A stretch of 9,054 nt of DNA from Octopus sinensis (GCF_006345805.1 NW_021828142.1:1-9054), one strand, 5' to 3'. Counted from the first letter of the stretch, positions 1-7,228 are shown. Made by a program: numbers and translations. Notes: a model not told the origin generated them from the letters alone.

Positions 1-216
1 TATGGTGTTATGGGTTCATAAGTTTGTATATAACTTGTAATGTCATGGATATGTGTGAGACCCATATATATCTGTGAGAGGAGCGCAGCATAAGTTTATG
101 AGGTCATGTGTTTTTCTATGCATGAAGTTCATATAATGCATATAACTGATGTTTGGAATGAAAATTTATCCAGGTTGCACGGGAGACAGAGTAGGTGGGG
201 ATATTTGCTTGAAATT

Positions 217-619
217 TCAGAGTGTGAAATGCTGCTTATGCATGCAAGGGAAGAAGGTGTCATCCCTAATATTTGAAATATTCACTTTTGGTGTGATAAT
301 GTATAATTTTTCAGTGATGTAAAGCTTGCATTTCCTGCCTCGTCCTCTGTACTTGTTGGCCTCAGCAATAATACTCCAGGTTATCTGGATGTTGCTCACA
401 CCTCTCTTTTTCAGTCTCTATACTATATTGGCTAGGATTATTGTGTGTTTTTTTTGTTTTTGGCTCTGAACAAAGCCAGGTGCAATGTATATCTTTATTT
501 GAAGGAGTTCCCTATCATTCCAATATATGTATTTGTTACTGTTCAAACCCATGTTATTGGTCTTATATACCAGTTCTTTTTCTGGGCACCCATTGTTCAG
601 GAACAGCTATCTGAAGATC
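217..619 (-). pseudogene. Decayed C-terminal GIY-YIG endonuclease of a Penelope-like retroelement (PLE-1)
   Basis: Minus-strand translation across 2 stops (495-497, 418-420) and a few frameshifts gives SC.LNNGCPEKELVYK (LVYK 562-573) ... TYIGMIGNSFK*RYTLH (YIG 519-527) ... ILANIV*RLKKRGVSNIQITWSIIAEANKYRGRGRKCKLYITEKLYII...NIRDDTFFPCMHKQHFTL* (stop 217-219). This matches the pattern I recall for C-terminal PLE endonucleases: CPLxGxC..VY..YIG..FKxRY..H..IWxLK..IxWSII..CxLCxxEK..CxH. Confidence 0.85.
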
Positions 620-621
620 TA

Positions 622-1878
622 GAGGGGTTGGACAAAATAATGGAAACATGTAGCATCATAATTTTGAAATATCTATAAACTGTCAAAAGCTGTTTATATT
701 TATGTTATTTGAATTATTATTAGTATTGCTTAATATGTTTTGCTAAAATTGCTGTTTCTTTTCAGATATCAACAGAAAAAGTTAACTGAAATTCATTACA
801 ATGACAGATCTATTGGACTTTCAAAGAGGTCAAATTGTGGTGTGCGTATATAGCAGGCGCTAGCGTAATGAAAACAGCCGAAGTGTTTGGTGTATCATGA
901 AGTCCTGTCTCAAAAGTAATGACAGCCTTTGAGGAAGTGGGAAAAACCTTCTAGTCAAAACAAAACTCTGGAAGAAAACCAAAACCTTCAGATAAGGACT
1001 GTTGGACTCTTACGCAAATTGTTAGAAAGGATCACAAAAGTACAGCTCCCAAAGTAACTGTAGAGCTTAATAACCATCTCAAGAACCCAGTTTCCATAAA
1101 ACTGATTGCTGGGAGTTGCACAAAGCTGGATTTCATGGAGGGCTGCAATCAGAAAACACTACTTTCAAAAACCAACTTTGCAAAGCATTTAGAGTGGGGT
1201 AAAAACCTACAAAACTGATCCCTAGAGCAGTGGAAGAATGTCATTTTCTTGGACAAGTCATCTTTTACCATATTTCTGACCACTGGCCGAGTATACATGT
1301 GGAGACATCCAAAACAAGCCTTTGACCCAGACTACCTTTTTCCAACTGTTAAACATGGAGGAGGATCTATGATGATCTGAGAGGTGGGGGCTATATCTTG
1401 GAAATCTGCCAGCCCAATGATTTCCCTTCATGGCAGACTATTTAAGCATTTTATCTGATCAAATTCATCCTATGATTGCAGAACTGTTTCTGAAGGGAAA
1501 TGCAATCTTTCAGGATGATAATGCACCAATTCATAGAGCAGCTAAACTTGTTACTGAATGGCATGAGAAACATTCTAGAGAAGTTGAACATCTTATCCTG
1601 CCACCACAGCCTCCAGATCTCAATATTATTGAACATTTGTGGTGCATTTTAGGAAAACAGGAAAAGGAGTCAATACCCTCCACCATCATCACTGCAAGAA
1701 TTGGGGACTCTTTTTAGCTGAAAAATGGACAAAAATTCTTTTGGAAACAATTCAAACTTGTACAAGTTCATACCTTGTAGAATTCAAGCTGTAATTACTG
1801 CTACAGGCAGCCCTACCCCATATTAAAATAAATTTGTTTGAAATTTTAAGGTGTTTCCATTATTTTGTCCAACTCCTG
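622..1878 (+). mobile_element. Full-length, inactive Tc1/mariner (Tc1-family, Incomer/DD36E-like) DNA transposon, 1257 bp
   Basis: Left TIR 622-648 gaggggttggacaaaataatggaaaca and right TIR 1852-1878 (reverse complement caggagttggacaaaataatggaaaca) match at 25/27. TA target-site duplication at 620-621 and 1879-1880. A transposase pseudogene lies inside. Confidence 0.95.
801..1826 (+). pseudogene. Tc1-family DDE transposase pseudogene
   Basis: MTDLLDFQRGQIV (ATG 801), QNSGRKPK, ELHKAGFHG, WKNVIFLDKSSF (first D 1252-1254), TVKHGGGSMM, FQDDNAPIH (D 1517-1519), PDLNIIEHLW (E 1631-1633), RIQAVITATGSPTPY* (TAA 1824-1826), then AATAAA at 1827-1832. Premature stops at 898, 952, 1216 and 1378, plus several frameshifts. 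ORF-track entry 1430..1717 is the longest open piece. Confidence 0.95.
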
Positions 1879-1890
1879 TATGTTTACACA

Positions 1891-1894
<4 letters not shown>

Positions 1895-1949
<55 letters not shown>
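1895..1949. repeat. Compound microsatellite (AC)13(AT)14
   Basis: Read directly. Forms the left flank of the 492-bp array. Confidence 0.97.
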
Positions 1950-1954
<5 letters not shown>

Positions 1955-1979
1955 TCAATATAGGGTGGCAAGGAAATTT
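1948..1979 (-). repeat. Inverted cap: reverse-complement copy of part of the array unit
   Basis: 1948-1976 taattaatcaatatagggtggcaaggaaa is the exact reverse complement of 2125-2153 (29 bp). Confidence 0.92.
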
Positions 1980-2308
1980 GCGGTAGAAGCTTTGGCTGTT
2001 ATTTCTAGTGGGTGAATGGCCTATTATGGCCGTTCCTTAATTGTTAATGTTGAACTTAAAAATGGTCTATGACTATTTAATCTTTTCCCACTGGGCCGCT
2101 GGTGGCAATAAAATTCTACAAAATTTTCCTTGCCACCCTATATTGATTAATTATGAATTTTTTGGTTAATTCCGTAATGGAATCGACGGCTGATATTTAT
2201 TTGCTGCCGATAAATTTGGCGCGAGTGCGACGATTTGAAAATTTTAGGTCAGATATTGCCTTGGCAAGATTGGGTATGCCTCGTGTAAAATCTGTTCCGA
2301 CTTGAGCT

Positions 2309-2414
2309 ATTTTTTGTGAAGAATCCGAGGGCTTATGGAAGATTGGCTTGATTTAATTTAATCAGGTTAGTTACCATTAAAACAGCGGATGAAACGGTAT
2401 ACCGTACAAGAAAT
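2309..2414 (+). ncRNA. Type I hammerhead ribozyme, copy 1 (C3 missing as assembled)
   Basis: attttttg-[c missing]tgaaga-atccg...cggat-gaaa-cggtataccg-ta-caagaaat. Predicted cleavage after 2406. Confidence 0.7.
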
Positions 2415-2802
2415 TACAGGGTAAAAATGTTTTTTTAATTTTCTCCTGTTTACGGAATTAATCTTTATTTGCGGCGGTAGAAGCTTTGGCTGTTATTTCT
2501 AGTGGGTGAATGGCCTATTATGGCCGTTCCTTAATTGTTAATGTTGAACTTAAAAATGGTCTATGACTATTTAATTTTTTCCACTGGGCCGCTGGTGGCA
2601 ATAAAATTCTACAAAATTTTCCTTGCCACCCTATATTGATTAATTATGAATTTTTTGGTTAATTCCGTAATGGAATCGACGGCCTGATATTTATTTGCTG
2701 CCGATAAATTTGGCGCGAGTGCGACGATTTGAAAATTTTAGGTCAGATATTGCCTTGGCAAGATTGGGTATGCCTCGTGTAATACTGTTTCCGACTTGAG
2801 CT

Positions 2803-2906
2803 ATTTCCTTGCTGAGAATCCAGGGCTATGGAAGATTGGCTTGATTTAATTTAATCAGGTTAGTTTACCATTAAACACGGATGAAACGGTATACCGTACA
2901 AGAAAT
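2803..2906 (+). ncRNA. Type I hammerhead ribozyme, copy 2 (N7 and one stem-II base missing as assembled)
   Basis: atttccttg-ctga[-]ga-atcc...cggat-gaaa-cggtataccg-ta-caagaaat. Predicted cleavage after 2898. Confidence 0.7.
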
Positions 2907-3290
2907 TACAGGGTAAATGTTTTTTTTTAATTTTCTCCTGTTTACGGAATTAATCTTTATTTGCGATAGAAGCTTTGGCTGTTATTTCTAGTGGGTGAAT
3001 GGCCTATTATGGCCGTTCCTTAATTGTTAATGTTGAACTTAAAAATGGTCTATGACTATTTAATTTTTTCCCACTGGGCCGCTGGTGGCAATAAAATTCT
3101 ACAAAATTTTCCTTGCACCCTATATTGATTAATTATGAATTTTTTGGTTAATTCCGTAATGGAATCGACGGCTGATTTTTATTTGCTGCCGATAAATTTG
3201 GCGCGAGTGCGACGATTTGAAAATTTTAGGTCGATATTGGCCTGGCAAGATTGGGTATGCCTCGTGTAAATCTCTGTTCCGACTTGAGCT

Positions 3291-3397
3291 ATTTCTTGCT
3301 GAAGAATCCGAGGGCTTATGGAAGATTGGCTTGATTTAATTTAATCAGGTTAGTTTAACCATTAAACAGCGGATGAAACGGTATACCGTACAAAAAT
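3291..3397 (+). ncRNA. Type I hammerhead ribozyme, copy 3 (intact catalytic core)
   Basis: Stem I 5' atttcttg 3291-3298; core CTGAAGA 3299-3305; stem II atccg 3306-3310 / cggat 3370-3374; GAAA 3375-3378; stem III cggtataccg 3379-3388; GTA triplet with cleavage after 3390; stem I 3' caaaaat 3391-3397 (caagaaat in copies 1 and 2). Confidence 0.9.
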
Positions 3398-3514
3398 TAC
3401 AGGGTAAATGTTTTTTTAATTTTCTCCTGTTTACGGAATTATCTTTATTTGCGGTAGAAGCTTTGGCTGTTATTTCTAGTGGGGTGAATGCCTATTATGG
3501 CCGTTCCTTAATTG

Positions 3515-3518
<4 letters not shown>

Positions 3519-3550
<32 letters not shown>
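3519..3550. repeat. (TA)16 microsatellite
   Basis: Read directly. Right flank of the array and left flank of PLE-2. Confidence 0.97.
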
Positions 3551-3551
<1 letters not shown>

Positions 3552-3579
3552 CCAGAAGATGAGGTCCAGAGATTTTCAT

Positions 3580-4445
3580 TGTAGAAGACACTTAGTAGTG
3601 CTCAAATGATCCAAACTTAGACTCATACCTTTACAGGGAATCAATTCCACAGGATTTTTAAAAATCATAACCTAGGTATCTCATTCGAAAATGACACACA
3701 CTGGAAACATCTTAAATCTATATCACCCTTTCTAGAAACCCTATCAATCATTACAATATATCTACATCCTATCAAATTACCCTAAACTTACTCCTATAGA
3801 ATAGTCACAGATATTTTTATCAGAATCTCCAGCTTATCTACTAACAAAGATATTTTTAATAATCATGCCCCACACTATAACCAAGCTCAGCAGATAAGTG
3901 GTTTCTGTAAAAAGAACTCTTATATCTCCAACACTAAACTTAAGGCAAAAATTGCACATTTCTTTCCTAGAGCAGGTAGGAAGACCACAGAGTAGGTAGG
4001 AAAACCACAGAACAGGTAGGAAAACTTGCAATTATTAGGTGTTTCAATTCAGCCCTCTTGGAGGTTTCTGTCAATGCAAAAATGTAGTCTACAAGTGCAG
4101 AGTAATAATACTATGCTCCCACCAGTAAGGGTCTATAACGACAGAATGTCAATTTCAAGCACTGCTACTGAGCACAAATGGACTCTTTCTCCAATCCAAA
4201 TTCTAAATATCTACCACCTTAGCAACTTAAACATAACCACAATCCAACAACAATCCCAAAACTACTCTATCCCGATCCATCATAAGGAGGCTCCCTCGTT
4301 CAGCTAAAACCTTGGTATTTGTAAGGGATCACTAATCATCCTTTGCAACCACAATCCCTGATTACTTAATAGATTCTCAGATGTAATACTCTCTTGTAAA
4401 CGCAGGTTCTACTCATCATTTACTCATTTTATTAAATCTATATAA
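3580..4445 (+). pseudogene. PLE reverse transcriptase (palm end/thumb), Cys linker and GIY-YIG endonuclease remnant
   Basis: With frameshifts: IFKNHNLGISFE (3654-3689), YHPF*KPYQSLQYIYILSNYP (3721-3783), RISSLSTNKDIFNNHAPHYNQAQQISGF (3822-3905), KTCNY*VFQFSPLGGFCQCKNVVYKCRV (4021-4104), then traces of TE..F..RY..HK.SFSNP and SII, LLNRFSDVILSCK (4362-4403), stop 4443-4445. The motifs are in the order expected for an RT then C-terminal EN PLE. Confidence 0.8.
3969..4026 (+). repeat. Three copies of a 20-bp unit (agagcaggtaggaaaaccac-like) in the RT-EN linker
   Basis: agagcaggtaggaagaccac / agagtaggtaggaaaaccac / agaacaggtaggaaaact. Confidence 0.85.
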
Positions 4446-5232
4446 TCTCATAACAATGATTATCATTAATTATAATTAACCTTGGGGTACAACAAGGTTA
4501 GCGAAGCAATGCATCTTCTCCAGTAATACCATCCTTCTCATGATTACCTTTGAAAATCTTCTTACCCACACATACCACCACCCCTCCCTCACAAATTGTA
4601 TTCTTTCCCCATTGTCTCAATTCTCGCCTTCAATCAAGAGCACTTGCAACTACCACCACAATCAATTAGCTACTAAACAATCAACATCCACCCCTCTACC
4701 CAATTTCATACACCTTTGCAAACCTCAGTACTCCCCCTCCACCACCAACCACCTTCATTATAGTACTAACCACAGCTACCCTATCACCGACTAACCTCCC
4801 CACTCTCTTGCACCTCCCTTTATCTTCTCTCATATCTTTGTTCATACTTTAGTAATCTCCTTCTGTTGCCTAATTAGAGTCTTTCCCTCCCTCAAATAAT
4901 TGTCATCCCTTTTCTCACTATCTCAACACTATACACAAACCCAATAATTGACTACCCTTCAATTACTACCCACTGCATCCCTCCCACTCATCTCTCAACT
5001 CTCCACATCGACTACCACTTCCTTAATACTTCCATTCTTAAGCCGCCACTCTCTTTCTGAACTAGTTTATTTATCTCCTCTCACCATTCTGTCTTAACAC
5101 TCGCCATAACTCCATCCTACCTCCTTCCTCTAATACTGCTTGCTCTCCACATTTAATCTGTCCACCTTTGCACTTCTTGATGGCAGCTCAATTTATCCAA
5201 TCTGATTGCCTTCTATTATGGCCTACATACTG

Positions 5233-5278
5233 TGATGAATACATCTACCAACATTCTCCCAGAAACAGCTGTTAGACT
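5233..5278 (+). ncRNA. Decayed minimal hammerhead motif (PLE pLTR type)
   Basis: gtgatga 5233-5239 (C3 to G), spacer, gaaa 5263-5266, palindromic acagctgt 5266-5273, then t and agac. Stems I and II no longer pair well. Confidence 0.5.
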
Positions 5279-5353
5279 TATATCCTCCCCTTAATTTTCT
5301 CTCTGTCATTTGCACTCTGTAAGTTGGATCTGCTCCTTTTCTCCTTCACTCAA

Positions 5354-5385
<32 letters not shown>

Positions 5386-5430
5386 AAATATATATATAAT
5401 ATATAATATATATATGTATGTATGTATGCA
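5354..5430. repeat. Compound microsatellite (CT)n / (TA)n / (TATG)n
   Basis: Read directly. Confidence 0.9.
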
Positions 5431-5446
5431 TGGATATAAGTTATGT

Positions 5447-5625
5447 CATCACTTCATCATTCATCATTTAAAGTCTGTTTTCAATGCTTACATGCTTTGT
5501 TAGAAGCTGGTAAGCTAGAAGACTGTGCCAAGTTCAACTGTCTGTTCTGGCATGGCTTCTACAGCTGGATGCTTTTCTTAATGCTCACCACTTTACACAC
5601 TGTACTAGGTGCCTTTTATGTGACA
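5447..5625 (-). mobile_element. Old copy of the same retroelement 3' tail family as 7229-7400
   Basis: catcattt.gtc.gtttt..atgct start, exact 16-mer ttctacagctggatgc shared (5557-5572 and 7345-7360), followed by c.t.a.gc..accact ... ttttatgtg. May extend to ~5720. Confidence 0.7.
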
Positions 5626-6008
5626 GCAGCCCTGGTGAAATCACAAAGTATTTTACAAGACAAAACCCTCAACAGAGGAGGGAGTAGTATTGAGGGAGGT
5701 AGTTTTGTGCCATGTGGGATCTAATGGGAGACCACAAGAAGTTACATTATTAACCATGCATTGTTAGGAATCCACAGTTGGGTATGTCACAGAATATATA
5801 CACATGACAAAACAAGAAAGTTTGTGTATAACTATTTAATTCGTACCACCTTACACATGTTCATAAACAAAAAAAACTATACAACTAAATTCTTTTTGGT
5901 ATTGCTTCCAATTCTTTACATTCTGAGTTCTTATCCCACTGAAGTCAACTTGACTCATCCCCTCAATCCAAAAATTGTTGCATTTGTGCAAAATTTGATA
6001 GACATTAT

Positions 6009-6044
6009 AACAACAACAACACAACAATAATAATAATTATTATT
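6009..6044. repeat. (AAC)n/(AAT)n microsatellite
   Basis: Read directly. Confidence 0.85.
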
Positions 6045-6268
6045 AAGGTAGTGAGGTGACAAAAATCATTAGTATGCTAGACAAAATGCTTTGCAGCATT
6101 TTCTTCATCTTATATGTTGTGTTAAAATTCTGTGAAGATTGACTGCCTTTGATCCTTAGAGGGAGGGGAGAAGGCTTGATAAAATAAGTATTAGTTGAAC
6201 CCTGGGGTCGATATAATTGATTTATCCTCCCCCCTAAATATTGCTGGCCTTATGTTTAAATTTGAGAC
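6045..6268 (+). mobile_element. Decayed tRNA-derived SINE copy 1 (octopus-type)
   Basis: Alignable by eye with copies 2 and 3 (gag.tg.ca..atcatt, gacaa.a.gcttt, gccttt.atc.tt, ggggtcgat, cctcccc, gctggcctt). Family assignment is from memory of octopus SINEs. Confidence 0.65.
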
Positions 6269-6285
6269 ATTTAACCTTATTATAT

Positions 6286-6476
6286 AAGGGCATGAGCTGG
6301 CAGGATCATTGCTGTGTTGGACAAGAAGCTTTGTGGTATTTCTTTTGGCTCTACATTCTGAATTCAAATACCACTGAACTCCTCAGCTTTGCCTTTCATC
6401 TTTTTGGGGTCAATAATATAAAATACTAATTTAGTAGAGGGATAATGTAATCAACTTGTCCTACCTACCACTAAAA
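6286..6476 (+). mobile_element. Decayed tRNA-derived SINE copy 2
   Basis: aagggcatgagctggcaggatcatt ... ttctgaattcaaat (B-box-like) ... ctttgcctttcatctttttggggtcaataa. Confidence 0.65.
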
Positions 6477-6506
6477 GTACTAAAAGTTGAAACTATTATC
6501 ATTAAG

Positions 6507-6700
6507 AGCAGGATTATAAGAACATGGAAAAAATGATCAGTGATACTTCTGTTCATACTTTATGTTCTGAGTTCAAATCTTGCCTGAATCAACTTTGCTT
6601 TTCATTGCTTTAAGTTTGATTAAGTACCAATTATAGGGGTGAATGTAATTTACATTTTTTCCTCCCCTTAAAAATGCTGGCCTTGTGCCAAACTTTGAAA
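6507..6700 (+). mobile_element. Decayed tRNA-derived SINE copy 3
   Basis: tttatgttctgagttcaaat (B-box-like gagttcaaat) ... actttgcttttcat ... ttaagtacca ... cctcccc ... gctggccttgtgcc. Confidence 0.6.
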
Positions 6701-6723
6701 GTTACTAATGTTTTTAAAATTTT

Positions 6724-6755
<32 letters not shown>

Positions 6756-6880
6756 ATAGAGGTAGTGGAGGTACTGGTGGTAGTAGTATTGATGGTAGAA
6801 GTAGTAGTAGTAAGAAGAGGAGTAGCAATGGTAGTAGTAATGGTGGTGGTTTCGGCTGCAGAAATGGTCATGGTAACAGA
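6724..6880. repeat. (TAG)n microsatellite decaying into (GTA/GGT)-rich low complexity
   Basis: Read directly. Explains the poly-S/T/L ORFs at 6631-6925. Confidence 0.92.
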
Positions 6881-7228
6881 TTAGAGTTACAAGAAGAGCA
6901 TGTCCGTAACACTAAATTACTGTAATTATTTTAACCAATAGAATATATGATTTTCATACAATCATTTTTTGTTTTCTTTAAATTTTTTATCTGATTCCTC
7001 TTTGAATACTGTCAATCAAACACATTATCATAGACATGAATGATCACTACTGCCATGCACCTATCAATGCTACAACCCCAACCAAAAACAGAAAACAGTA
7101 TCCACACATACATTTAGTTTTTGGATTATTCTTTAATGTTATTAACAATAAGAAAGTGGTATCTATAATTAAATATGTCATAGAAAAGAGGAAATAATTT
7201 ATGTTTCATTCAAAATAATTATATATAT

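Larger units (their letters stand above)
1..1894 (-). mobile_element. 5'-truncated Penelope-like element PLE-1 (EN fragment plus G-poor 3' region running off the window), interrupted by the Tc1 element
   Basis: EN remnant at 217-619. The frame continues as LCKHR across the Tc1 into 1881-1890 once the Tc1 and one TA are removed. The 5' end abuts the (AC)n/(AT)n tract at 1895. Minus strand 216-1 is C/A-rich, like the 3' region of PLE-2. Confidence 0.7.
1980..3518 (+). mobile_element. Tandem array of ~492-bp hammerhead-containing units (3 full units plus a 68-bp partial); putative retrozyme or non-autonomous PLE-mobilised element
   Basis: Unit start gcggtagaagctttggc recurs at 1980, 2474, 2963 and 3451. 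Units are near-identical, differing mostly by 1-nt indels. There is one hammerhead per unit, no recognisable ORF, and (TA)n on both sides. Confidence 0.85.
3551..5353 (+). mobile_element. 5'-truncated, heavily decayed Penelope-like element PLE-2 (RT 3' half, linker, GIY-YIG EN, 3' region/pLTR)
   Basis: Coding remnant at 3580-4445, G-poor 3' region, decayed hammerhead at 5233-5278, and microsatellites on both sides (3519-3550, 5354-5430). The right boundary is approximate. Confidence 0.7.

Noticed and set aside
315-435. Plus-strand terminal exon (tttcag acceptor, DVKLAFPASSSVLVGLSNNTPGYLDVAHTSLFQSLYYIG*)
   Set aside because: It lies antisense to the clearly recognisable PLE endonuclease remnant, which explains the open frame.
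1948-2153. 206-bp MITE defined by 29-bp TIRs, or a Helitron/Helentron origin for the array
   Set aside because: The right-hand copy is an internal part of every unit and the array continues past it. No CTRR end or typical Helentron termini were found. The hammerhead and inversion point to RNA-mediated insertion, though this is not formally excluded.
2120-2360. Protein-like frames in the 492-bp unit (minus: ISPRILQQEIAQVGTDFTRGIPNLAKAISDLKF...; plus: MESTADIYLLPINLARVRRF...)
   Set aside because: Only about 50 codons between stops, no recognisable domain, not preserved across units as assembled, and the RNA structure explains the conservation better.
2378-2436. Alternative hammerhead register using cggatga as the core and the later aagaaa as GAAA
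   Set aside because: It needs several core mismatches. The register CTGAAGA...cggat-GAAA-cggtataccg-TA satisfies all core and stem rules.
4540-4794. 84-aa and neighbouring ORFs in the C/A-rich tract
   Set aside because: G-poor composition suppresses TAG and TGA stops; the region is best read as PLE-2 3' non-coding sequence.
6631-6925. Ser/Thr/Leu-rich ORFs
   Set aside because: They are translations of the (TAG)n low-complexity tract.
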